This document shows positions 29,689 to 38,590 of a stretch of 64,000 nt of DNA, one piece after another; the first letter of the stretch is position 1; each line of letters starts with the position of its first letter. A program made the position numbers and the translations under genes. This DNA is from a virus: IMG/VR virus record IMGVR_UViG_3300045988_111187, positions 1-64,000 of that record, one strand, 5' to 3'. The notes under the pieces are model-generated. The model worked only from the letters and a program-made list of their open reading frames with translations. It ran no database searches and was not told the DNA's origin.

Positions 29689-31389
29689 ATGACAACAATC
29701 ATGTACGTGTCAGCTATTTTAGCTGTAGTGATTATTTTGACAATCATCGGAGTCTTATCAAGGTATCGTAGATGTAAGCCTAATCAAGTCTTGGTCGTTT
29801 ATGGTAAGACAGGTGGGGAAAAGAAATCGGCGAAATTATATCATGGTGGAGCGGCATTCGTCTTGCCTATTATTCAAAGCTATGATATTTTGTCTATGGA
29901 GCCTATGCAAATAGATTGTAGGCTCACCGGTGCTTTGTCGTCTCAAAATATCAGAGTGGATGTACCTACTACTATTACAGTAGCAATCAGCACAAATCCT
30001 GAAATTATGCAGAATGCAGCAGAAAGGCTTTTGGGGATGGATACTGAATCTACTGAAAATCTTATTACGGATATCGTTTATGGCCAAATGCGTTTGATCA
30101 TTGCTGAAATGACGATTGAAAAACTTAATTCTGACAGGGATGAGTTTTTGGATAAGGCAAGAAAAAACATTGATAACGAACTTAATAAGTTAGGCCTTTA
30201 CCTCCTAAATATCAACATCAGTGACATCAGAGACGAAGCCGGCTATATCATGAATCTTGGCAAAGAAGCTGAAAGTAAGGCCCTGAACGAAGCACAGGCT
30301 AATATCGAAGAACAGGAAAAGCTGGGTGCTATTAAGATTGCTGTACAGCAAAAGGAAAAAGAAACGGCTGTAGCTAATACCCAAAAAGAGCAAGAGATTC
30401 AAATTGCCTATACTGAAAAAGAAAAGGAAACGGTAGTAGCTGAAACAAAGAAAGAAAAAGAAGTAGCTTTGGCTTTAACCGATAAAGAAAAACAGATCGG
30501 TGTAGCTCAAGCCGATAGAGATAGGGCTGCGGTTATTGCAAAGACTTTGGCTGATAAGGAATCAGCGATCGCAAGATCTAAGGCAGAACTTGAGGTAAAC
30601 AAAGCTGAGGCTGAAAGAATGGAAGAAGTCGGAAAGAATAAGGCTGAGGCTGATAAACAAGCAGCTATAGCAATCCAAGATTCCGAAGCTCAGATCAAGA
30701 AAGCTGAAGCTGAGAAAAACGCATCTGTGGGTTATAACAATGCCCAGAAAGAGGTTGCTATATCAGAATCGGAATTACAGGTTATCAAAGCTCAATCAGA
30801 AAAGAAGGCTGGAGAAGAGAGAGTTAAGTCGGAAGCGGCTGTAAAAACGGCAAAAGAGCTTGCTGATAAAGAAGTGGAAGAGGCTAAGGCTGAGAAAGTT
30901 CAAGCTGCGCTTCGAGCTGAAAAGATTGTGCCGGCTGAAACCCAGAAGCAAGAAGCCATTCTGCAAGCTGATGCTGAAGCTGAGAAGATCAAACGCCGGG
31001 CTGATGCCGAAGCAGCAGCACATTTGGCAAAAGCAGAAGCGGAAGCAAAAGCTATTCAGATGAAGCTGGAGGCAGAAGCCGAAGGTAAGAAAAAGTCGTT
31101 GATGGCAGAAGCCGACGGATTTAAGGCTATGGTGGAAGCAGCAGAATCCAATCCTCAGATAGCCATCCAGTACAAGATGGTTAATCAGTGGAAAGAAATT
31201 GCTGGAGAACAGGTTAAGGCATTTGAGCACATTAACCTCGGAAATATCACGGTATTTGACGGCGGTCAGAACAGTACCGGTAATTTCCTTAACAATGTTG
31301 TTAAGACCGTCGCTCCGGCATTGGGAGTCATTGATCAGCTTCCGATTGCAGATACTTTAAAGAAGCTAAAAGGAGATGACAAAAAATAA
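29689..31389 (+). CDS. flotillin-like SPFH / band-7 protein (YqiK/FloA type), 566 aa
   Basis: N-terminal TM; SPFH block HGGAAFVLPIIQ ... GLYLLNINISDI; then about 300 aa of EA-rich coiled coil (AEAEK repeats). Confidence 0.8.
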   Translation: MTTIMYVSAILAVVIILTIIGVLSRYRRCKPNQVLVVYGKTGGEKKSAKLYHGGAAFVLPIIQSYDILSMEPMQIDCRLTGALSSQNIRVDVPTTITVAISTNPEIMQNAAERLLGMDTESTENLITDIVYGQMRLIIAEMTIEKLNSDRDEFLDKARKNIDNELNKLGLYLLNINISDIRDEAGYIMNLGKEAESKALNEAQANIEEQEKLGAIKIAVQQKEKETAVANTQKEQEIQIAYTEKEKETVVAETKKEKEVALALTDKEKQIGVAQADRDRAAVIAKTLADKESAIARSKAELEVNKAEAERMEEVGKNKAEADKQAAIAIQDSEAQIKKAEAEKNASVGYNNAQKEVAISESELQVIKAQSEKKAGEERVKSEAAVKTAKELADKEVEEAKAEKVQAALRAEKIVPAETQKQEAILQADAEAEKIKRRADAEAAAHLAKAEAEAKAIQMKLEAEAEGKKKSLMAEADGFKAMVEAAESNPQIAIQYKMVNQWKEIAGEQVKAFEHINLGNITVFDGGQNSTGNFLNNVVKTVAPALGVIDQLPIADTLKKLKGDDKK

Positions 31390-31397
31390 ATACAATG

Positions 31398-31418
31398 GCC
31401 CAAGGTTACACTTGGGCC
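31398..31418 (+). terminator. hairpin ggcccaag-gttaca-cttgggcc just after the flotillin stop
   Basis: perfect 8-bp stem; only a weak U-tract follows. Confidence 0.4.
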
Positions 31419-31558
31419 TAATTGAAGAAATAAAAGCAGCATTCATAGATTTCCTGCCGGCAGGAACAGTGCTTTACTAATTACGATATTTTTAACATGG
31501 ATTTTGGACAAGATTTAGAACCAGAAGAACTGACCAAGCATTATGATCGGTGTTATAA

Positions 31559-31861
31559 CCCCAAATAGTATTAAACCAATATAATTCTATTATAAAAGTT
31601 TAATACATCTCTTTCAGAGATCGGGTTATTAGCCTAAGCCTTGAAACAAAGGCTACGTTATTTGAGAATAGATAGTTACCAAGGAATGTTTATCCAAGTT
31701 TCTTGCTCTAAGGATGGTGATTAAACAGGAGTAGTGTATTTGACGAAACAGTGTTGCCATTATATAAAACCTCTTATAACATTGGCGATGGGTACTTACA
31801 GGAGAAATCCTGACTTATCCCTAACGGGATTTACATCTACCAAGGAGACCAAAAGGTCTCC
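31559..31861 (+). ncRNA. orphan omega-RNA-like structured RNA, paralog of the region 5' of iscB; no adjacent nuclease gene
   Basis: about 270 nt align with the reverse complement of 52767-53032, including fully compensatory stem changes (tacgga/tccgta vs caaggaa/tttcttg; gcaagc/gcttgc vs atggtg/tgccat); ends in the hairpin ggagacc-aaaa-ggtctcc (31844-31861). Confidence 0.6.
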
Positions 31862-31918
31862 GAGGGGATGTATTAAAACGGATAAATAACTTTAAATATA
31901 TTTAATAGAATATGAGAT

Positions 31919-32266
31919 ATGGAATTGATTTTGAAACAGAAGAAGAGGAGGATGAAGAGTATGACTGACGAGGAATTTGTATTGGATAATGAGAAAAGGG
32001 TTGTTGTAAGAAAAAGAATATCTTATTTAAGCAAAGGGGATAAAGTGTGGATTGTGTCTTCCGACGGGTATCTGCTACACACGGACGTGGTTAGAGCCGA
32101 CCGCGGCCGATCTTATGTGGATATAGACGGTATCCTGTATTGGAAACGAGGATTGGATGGCAAGCATCGTAATCGTAATAACTACATGCAGTTTGCCATG
32201 ACACCAGAAGACGGTAAGAAGTATGTCGTATATTACCCGGAAGGATTTAAAGACAATGACTTATGA
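31919..32266 (+). CDS. hypothetical protein (115 aa)
   Basis: ORF; 4-nt overlap. Confidence 0.5.
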   Translation: MELILKQKKRRMKSMTDEEFVLDNEKRVVVRKRISYLSKGDKVWIVSSDGYLLHTDVVRADRGRSYVDIDGILYWKRGLDGKHRNRNNYMQFAMTPEDGKKYVVYYPEGFKDNDL

Positions 32267-33282
32267 TGGTCCCGGAAACGCATTTGCTATATAAGGAGTT
32301 TAATGGTGTGAAACGTCTTGCCATATCTTATTCCCAGATAGATACGTTTCTTACTTGTCCAATGAAATGGTATAAAACTTACGTGGAGGGCAAAAGGTCT
32401 ACGGAAAAACAAGAAGCTACGTCTTATGGTACGGTTATTCATAAGACACTGGAATACTTCTTCAAGAACGGAAAACAGCCTTCTGGTAAAGACCTTGGAG
32501 AAGCTATAAGTTACTATGCTTACCAAGAAGACATACCTTGGCAATCGCCAGAGAATATGATGATAGCCATGAAGCAATCTGGAGAACTTCTTGCTTGGAT
32601 TGTGGATCTTTTTAAAAAAGACGGAAATAGGTTTATGATAGCTGATAGTGATCTTAATCCTTGTGAGAAACTTATAAGACATGGTGCTATAGTTGGAGTC
32701 GAAGAAGATTTTGTGCTGCCGTATCGTCTTCCTAAGCCAGTTGATATAAATGGGACCATTCATACTCATGTGTATATAGTGGGGTCGGTGGACCTTCATC
32801 TGGCTATAAAAAGCAAAGGAGTGATCCATCATTATGTCATAGATTGGAAATCGGGGAATAAGGTTTTTGATTCTAAGAAGTTGGAAACAAATTTACAGCA
32901 TCCTATATATTCGTTTTACATCTATAGAAGATATGGTGGGGTTCTACCAGATATGAACATCTATTTCTTTACCAGGACAAGGCAATACCAAAAGGTTAAA
33001 GTAGATGAAGAACGTAAAATAAAATCTATAGAGATGCTAAATGACACTTTATCTAAAATGTATGATTTTGAAGATAATAGCGTAAAAACATTTCAAGCAT
33101 ACATCCAGGGAGCAGAAGGAGCCAGGTATAGCAAGCGGCGTGCCACCCTAAGCCAGCCTGTTCCGCAAAACAAGCTACCCTGCCCGTCAGCACTGTGTTA
33201 CTATTGTGACTTTGGATTACATAACAAAAACGAATGCCCTTTCTCTTCGGATTGGGATCCGTCTAAAAAGATAAAACGATGA
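32263..33282 (+). CDS. Cas4/RecB-like PD-(D/E)XK exonuclease with an Fe-S Cys cluster, 339 aa
   Basis: N-terminal SYSQIDTFLTCPMKWYKTY motif; DWKSG core; C-terminal C-x5-C-x2-C-x9-C plus the N-terminal Cys. Confidence 0.55.
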   Translation: MMVPETHLLYKEFNGVKRLAISYSQIDTFLTCPMKWYKTYVEGKRSTEKQEATSYGTVIHKTLEYFFKNGKQPSGKDLGEAISYYAYQEDIPWQSPENMMIAMKQSGELLAWIVDLFKKDGNRFMIADSDLNPCEKLIRHGAIVGVEEDFVLPYRLPKPVDINGTIHTHVYIVGSVDLHLAIKSKGVIHHYVIDWKSGNKVFDSKKLETNLQHPIYSFYIYRRYGGVLPDMNIYFFTRTRQYQKVKVDEERKIKSIEMLNDTLSKMYDFEDNSVKTFQAYIQGAEGARYSKRRATLSQPVPQNKLPCPSALCYYCDFGLHNKNECPFSSDWDPSKKIKR

Positions 33283-33421
33283 AATACGATGATGTTCAAA
33301 AGTTAAGAACAAAATACCGGCAAGATCCGGAAGTTATAAACTTGACATACATGAGAGACGTTGCTGTACGATGCGGGAATTTCAAGAAAGCGTTTGAGCT
33401 TCAGGAGAAGCTGGAGGATAT

Positions 33422-33778
33422 ATGGTTCAACTATTTAAAAGGAGTGTAATGAAAGAAGATCTAATATGTGGAGTAGCGATCCTTTTGTATTTAGTTTTAT
33501 TATACTTACTCACGACAGCTTTCATAAAAACAGGTAGAGCAGTAGATCGTTATAAGATGAAGAAGAAAACTGACAAAATCAAAGTAGGTCAAAGATACGA
33601 ACATAAGAACTACTTTGAGGATCCATTTGAAAGAGGCAAGCATGTGATTAAGATATTAGACATAAAAGAAGGGTACGCTCTATATGAGTACGAAGAAAAA
33701 CTATATATACGTTCTTCTGTGAGTCTTGAAGATATTGTTAAAAGATATGTTTTAATTACTGATGTTAAACACAAGTAA
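33422..33778 (+). CDS. hypothetical membrane-anchored protein (118 aa)
   Basis: N-terminal TM helix. Confidence 0.45.
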   Translation: MVQLFKRSVMKEDLICGVAILLYLVLLYLLTTAFIKTGRAVDRYKMKKKTDKIKVGQRYEHKNYFEDPFERGKHVIKILDIKEGYALYEYEEKLYIRSSVSLEDIVKRYVLITDVKHK

Positions 33779-33781
33779 GTC

Positions 33782-34159
33782 ATGAAAAAAGAAGTTACAA
33801 TCAAGGAAGATATGGTTGCGTTTTATAAAAATGCAGGAAAGGAACTATGGATTTATAACGGACTTTTTAGAAACAAGGTATTGTCTATAAAAAAAGATAA
33901 AGCCATTATCATGTGTGAAACTGATGCTGAATATGCTGTACTGATAGAAGATAATCAGTTTATTGCCGTAGCAAAAAACATGGATTATGATTACTGCTGC
34001 GCATTCACATTAGGTAATGCCGAGGCTTATGGAGATCGTATGGGTATATCGTGCAGTGTATGCTTGCTTGAGGATAACGAAGATAAAGCAAGAGAGATGC
34101 TAAAGGAGGCAATAATAGAACTTTCAAAAAACAGTAAAATAGATTGCGATGGGCTTTGA
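33782..34159 (+). CDS. hypothetical protein (125 aa)
   Basis: ORF. Confidence 0.45.
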   Translation: MKKEVTIKEDMVAFYKNAGKELWIYNGLFRNKVLSIKKDKAIIMCETDAEYAVLIEDNQFIAVAKNMDYDYCCAFTLGNAEAYGDRMGISCSVCLLEDNEDKAREMLKEAIIELSKNSKIDCDGL

Positions 34160-36518
34160 ACTTAGACCTTACCAAAAAGAGGCAGTAGATGCCGGGCTTA
34201 AGTTTCTTACAGGAAGATCTAAGAAGCCTGGCATAATAGTAGCTCCATGCGGATGTGGAAAGAGCCTTCTGATATCCAAGATAGCACATGAAATAAATAG
34301 ACCGACGTTAGTGTTACAGCCCTCAAAAGAGATTCTGGAGCAGAATTATGCAAAGGCTGTATCATTCGGTTCTAAACCTACCATATATTCTGCCTCATGT
34401 GGCGTAAAGGAATTATCGGCTATGACTTATGCTACACTTAAAAGCATAAAGAAAGACGTAGCAAGGTTGAAAGATATAGGGATAGATACGATCCTGATAG
34501 ATGAATGTTTTACTGGAGATGTGGAGATATTAACCGAAAAAGGGTTTGTTCAATTTAATAAATTAGAACAAAATGTAAGGGTAGCTCAATATGATAAAGG
34601 ATTTATTGATTTTGTGATGCCTATCAGATATATCAACAAGCCGCACGATGGTGACATTTGTTTACTTCATATTAAACATGGAATAGATCTTCCAGTGACA
34701 AAGAATCATGATTTCTTGTTTTATGATAAGAAATACGGTAAATGGTATAAACAGAAAATATCTGAAGCTTCTTTTAAATCTGGGAAATGCATTCCGGTAT
34801 CAGGGATATCACGTGTAGATAGCGAAGGCGATTCCTTATCTGACATGGAGAGGTTGTTTATAGCAACACAAGCAGATGGAAGTATTCATAACAAAAACGA
34901 AAATGACACAATTATATCTTTCTCATTTTCAAAAGAAAGAAAAATAAAAAGGATTCATTATTTATGTAAGAATGCAAACGTTGAGATATGGGAAGTTAAA
35001 GGAAAAATAGAAAAAGAAGGAAATACGAAAAACAGAAGAAGGTTTATGGTAAGAATGCCAAAGTTTACAACAAAGGATATTCGAAATCATATATCATTCC
35101 CAATGTCTTACGAAAAAGCAAGATCGGTAATAGAAGAGTGTTCTTTATGGGACGGCAGTATTATAGGGAATACGATGCTTTATTATTCATCGACCGATAA
35201 AACGCAGGTGGATTTTTATAATTCTGTAGCCACAATAGCTGGCCACGGATGTTATGTTTCTATTGAAAAGGATGGCAGAAAAGAAACATATTCGGATGTT
35301 TATAGGCTTTTTATAACAAAAGACAAAAAACTAAGAGGCACTAACTCTATGTATAAACGATATGAAAAATACACCGGACAAGTTTATTGCGTAGAGGTTC
35401 CATCTGGATGTATAGTACTAAGATATAAAGGATATACATTTGTTTCTGGAAATTGTCATTCAGGATATTCTCCTGAAGAAGGTTCTGAGTTTATAGAGTT
35501 TATGAGCGAGTTTCCCGAGGCGAAGGTGCTTGGCTTCACCGCCACTCCCTGCCGCCTCCGAACCTACAGTTCCATGCTGGAAGGAAACTACAGCAAGCTC
35601 AATATGCTGACGAAAGACGAGCATAATTTCTTCAAGAAAATAGTTCATGTGACTCAAATACAAGAATTAACTTCTCAAGGGTTTTGGTGTCCACTTAAGT
35701 ACGAACGATGGTCGTTTGATGAATCGGCGCTGATGTTGAACAGCACCGGAGCTGAATACACCAACGAATCTATTAAAGAAAGTATTGTACGAAACGGCTT
35801 AAACAACTCTATCTACAAGCGCCTTCTTCAACTTATGAACGAACGTAAGGCCATTTTGGTTTGTATGGATTCTATCGAATCATGTAATAGAATATCAGAG
35901 TTCATGAATGCCAGGATGGGAGCCATAACCGGTGTCGTAACATCGCTAACAACCAAAAAGAAAAGAGAGCAAATCATATCAGATTTCAAAGAAGGTAAGT
36001 TGAAGGTGGTTTTTAATTATTCAACGCTTGCTACCGGATTTGATTTCCCTGAACTTGATTGCGTGATGTTTGGTCGCCCAACATTCTCATATTCAACATA
36101 TTACCAAATATTAGGCCGCGCCGTCCGCATCCATCCTGACAAGAAAGAGGCGCTGATAGTTGATTGCTGCGACAACATGAGGCGTTTCGGTCGGATAGAA
36201 GACTTGACAATCGAACAATTCCCTTCTAAGGGCTGGTGTATGTTTGCCGGCGATCAACTTCTGTCCAATATAAGGATGGGTGATATTATTACCAAAGACG
36301 AGATCCTTCGTCGGGCAGCCTCGCTTAAATCTGTGAATGGAGATGGTAGGAGAGAAGACGATCTTGACAGCATAATAATGTGGTTTGGTAAATATGAAGG
36401 GATTAGATTCAAGGACATACCGGTGTCGTATTTTAGGTTCTTGGCTGAGAATATGGCAGTAAAACCAGGAGATAGAAAAGAAAAGATTATCGAATATTAT
36501 AATAGAATAAAAGCATGA
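34149..36518 (+). CDS. SF2 DEAD/DEAH-box-type helicase interrupted by an intein (789 aa precursor; about 473 aa mature)
   Basis: motif I APCGCGKS; motif II LIDE-[intein]-CHSG; motif III FTATP; motif VI QILGRAVR. Confidence 0.75.
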   Translation: MGFELRPYQKEAVDAGLKFLTGRSKKPGIIVAPCGCGKSLLISKIAHEINRPTLVLQPSKEILEQNYAKAVSFGSKPTIYSASCGVKELSAMTYATLKSIKKDVARLKDIGIDTILIDECFTGDVEILTEKGFVQFNKLEQNVRVAQYDKGFIDFVMPIRYINKPHDGDICLLHIKHGIDLPVTKNHDFLFYDKKYGKWYKQKISEASFKSGKCIPVSGISRVDSEGDSLSDMERLFIATQADGSIHNKNENDTIISFSFSKERKIKRIHYLCKNANVEIWEVKGKIEKEGNTKNRRRFMVRMPKFTTKDIRNHISFPMSYEKARSVIEECSLWDGSIIGNTMLYYSSTDKTQVDFYNSVATIAGHGCYVSIEKDGRKETYSDVYRLFITKDKKLRGTNSMYKRYEKYTGQVYCVEVPSGCIVLRYKGYTFVSGNCHSGYSPEEGSEFIEFMSEFPEAKVLGFTATPCRLRTYSSMLEGNYSKLNMLTKDEHNFFKKIVHVTQIQELTSQGFWCPLKYERWSFDESALMLNSTGAEYTNESIKESIVRNGLNNSIYKRLLQLMNERKAILVCMDSIESCNRISEFMNARMGAITGVVTSLTTKKKREQIISDFKEGKLKVVFNYSTLATGFDFPELDCVMFGRPTFSYSTYYQILGRAVRIHPDKKEALIVDCCDNMRRFGRIEDLTIEQFPSKGWCMFAGDQLLSNIRMGDIITKDEILRRAASLKSVNGDGRREDDLDSIIMWFGKYEGIRFKDIPVSYFRFLAENMAVKPGDRKEKIIEYYNRIKA
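34506..35453 (+). other. intein (316 aa) with a LAGLIDADG-like homing-endonuclease region, inserted in helicase motif II
   Basis: block A CFTGDVEIL; block B TKNH; LFIATQADGS (LAGLIDADG-like); block F VYCVEVPSG; C-terminal ...SGN followed by the +1 Cys of the extein CHSG. Confidence 0.75.
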
Positions 36519-36871
36519 ACGACAAGAGAAGAAAAAAAATATTGGGTGTTATTAAAAACGTAGATAAGTATAAAACAGATTTTGAATACATCAAATCAAA
36601 GTTATCGGAGTTGAAGTATAACATAAATTTAGCCAAGGATGATGTTGATATGATTTTAGATGAAGAGACTGAGGCGAGAGATAATATACCGGAATCGCTA
36701 CAAGACTCAGAAAGATATTGGGAATCAGATCGAGCTGTAACTGATATGGAAGAGGTGGTTGATGACATGGAAGGTATTATAAATGATTTAGATGATGTGA
36801 TTTCAACCATAGATGGGAGTATTAAAACCATAAATGGTTCTATTAAAGTGAATTTGGAAGGAGTAATATGA
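36515..36871 (+). CDS. acidic hypothetical protein (118 aa)
   Basis: ORF; 4-nt overlap. Confidence 0.5.
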   Translation: MNDKRRKKILGVIKNVDKYKTDFEYIKSKLSELKYNINLAKDDVDMILDEETEARDNIPESLQDSERYWESDRAVTDMEEVVDDMEGIINDLDDVISTIDGSIKTINGSIKVNLEGVI

Positions 36872-37159
36872 ATGGAAACAAATGAATTAAGAGAGATACT
36901 TAAATTGTATGATCTTCAACATGATGTTGTTATCAATAAAAGTTCAAGAAGATATTCTATTATCTTAGATAATAACATAATAGGAACCAATCACGCTGAA
37001 GAGAGGGTGGTTGTATTCCGTCCTATACCAGAAGGGAAAAACACGTTCTGCATGGAACGAGATAGGTTCTATACGGAGTTTGAAGAGGCTTTTGATGATG
37101 ATAAGGCTATAGAAGCCGTAAGACAATATTTTGAAAACAACAAAAACAGAAAGTCATGA
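36872..37159 (+). CDS. hypothetical protein (95 aa)
   Basis: SD ggaagga; ORF. Confidence 0.45.
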   Translation: METNELREILKLYDLQHDVVINKSSRRYSIILDNNIIGTNHAEERVVVFRPIPEGKNTFCMERDRFYTEFEEAFDDDKAIEAVRQYFENNKNRKS

Positions 37160-37497
37160 AAGAAAACGAAATATTTAGGTTGAAGGGCAGAATCGCTATA
37201 TCCAATCTATCACGTGAGGACAAAGATATGATAAATAGCATCCTTGATGGTGTCAACAAAAAGGATGAAGAGGAAAAAGGATATATCTATACCGTGAGAG
37301 TAAAACTAAACAACGGAAAGGATTCATATGCTACTTTATTTTTTAAAAGAAAGACAGGTCCCACATTTGAAGATTTAAAGAAGGTTCTTAATGATATGGG
37401 GGTTAAAAGTGATGATTATAACAATAACGGCATAATTATCATTAACCGCATTGTTATGAGCGGAGAAGAATTTGATCTCTTTATAAAAGAAAAATGA
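37156..37497 (+). CDS. hypothetical protein (113 aa)
   Basis: ORF; 4-nt overlap. Confidence 0.45.
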   Translation: MKENEIFRLKGRIAISNLSREDKDMINSILDGVNKKDEEEKGYIYTVRVKLNNGKDSYATLFFKRKTGPTFEDLKKVLNDMGVKSDDYNNNGIIIINRIVMSGEEFDLFIKEK

Positions 37498-37541
37498 TGG
37501 ACTATATTATTATATCAAATAATTAAAACGACGATAAAACA

Positions 37542-38285
37542 ATGGAAAAGATGGATGATATTATTATACCAAAGGGGGAAAGCGTGGTTATTAACAAAGA
37601 TGTTCATGCTTATAAAACATTAGTAGCCCAAAAAGGACTTAAGGTTGTGTGTGAAAAAGATATCAAAAAGGGAGATAAGGAGGCTACGCTGTCGTATGAA
37701 GGTCGTATGGAAATCGATATACCAATTGAATATATACTGAAGAGTAATAATATCATTTTCAAAGAGGGGGAATTGCTTTTTGTTAAAAAGGATTATTCTT
37801 TTAAAGATGACATTGTTCCTGGAGGAGCTATAGTTGAGTTGGCGGAAGATGTCTACAATGTAGATGTTATGGCTGTCATATATTATGAAGGGGGAAAGAC
37901 TTGTATGCCCTTAGAATTATTAGAACCTGTTAGTTCAGAAAAAGGCAATAGTGAAAAAGAAGGGAAATCAGTGAAAAATGACATCATTGATGATAAACTA
38001 CGATGGGATTTGCTTCCGATGGAAGAAATTGAGGACATTGTAAAAGTCTATCATGCCGGAGCCAAAAAATATGGTTCTAATAATTGGCAGAATCTTGACA
38101 ACGGCTTTGAACGGTACCGCGCTGCAATGTTTAGACACCTGATAGAATACATGAAAGGAGAAAGAGTGGATTCTGATACAGGATGTTTTCATCTTGCACA
38201 ATGCGCATGGAACTGTATAGCTATGCTGTGGTATGATAAGCACGGAAAAGGATTAACGTCTTTAAACAAGGAGGAAAAGAAATGA
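37542..38285 (+). CDS. hypothetical protein (247 aa); C-terminal half resembles phage dNTP pyrophosphohydrolase-like domains
   Basis: LRWDLLPMEEIEDIVKVYHAGAKKYGSNNW motif. Confidence 0.3.
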   Translation: MEKMDDIIIPKGESVVINKDVHAYKTLVAQKGLKVVCEKDIKKGDKEATLSYEGRMEIDIPIEYILKSNNIIFKEGELLFVKKDYSFKDDIVPGGAIVELAEDVYNVDVMAVIYYEGGKTCMPLELLEPVSSEKGNSEKEGKSVKNDIIDDKLRWDLLPMEEIEDIVKVYHAGAKKYGSNNWQNLDNGFERYRAAMFRHLIEYMKGERVDSDTGCFHLAQCAWNCIAMLWYDKHGKGLTSLNKEEKK

Positions 38286-38590
38286 CAAGAGAGCAACTAA
38301 ATTATTTATGGGAAAAAGAGCTTCGTGCTATAAAAAATCATAAAGACAATATTGATAGAATCAAAAAAGAATATTTTGATTCCAATTATGGGTTAAAGGA
38401 AGGAGATAAGATCCGTATTTTACATGAAGCAGGAGATGAAATGACAGGCTTCTTTAAAAAAGCTAAAGTCTACGAAGACAGAGATCTGTACTTGACAATC
38501 CAAAATCAGAACGAAAAAGGTGGCAAAGGTAGAGGAACATGGGACATCTATCTATCATCAAAATCAATTAAAATAGAAAAATGTGTATAA
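38282..38590 (+). CDS. hypothetical protein (102 aa)
   Basis: SD aaggagg; ORF. Confidence 0.45.
   Translation: MTREQLNYLWEKELRAIKNHKDNIDRIKKEYFDSNYGLKEGDKIRILHEAGDEMTGFFKKAKVYEDRDLYLTIQNQNEKGGKGRGTWDIYLSSKSIKIEKCV

Noticed and set aside
31919-32266. 115-aa ORF downstream of the orphan RNA as a truncated IscB
   Set aside because: No PLMP, RuvC or HNH motifs. It is an unrelated small protein.
5467-32832. Antisense ORFs (5467-5778, 6361-6822, 7514-7830, 30796-31230, 32287-32832, 35460-35663 and similar)
   Set aside because: They lie wholly inside strong sense-strand genes or GC-rich or repetitive codon regions, so they are shadow ORFs.
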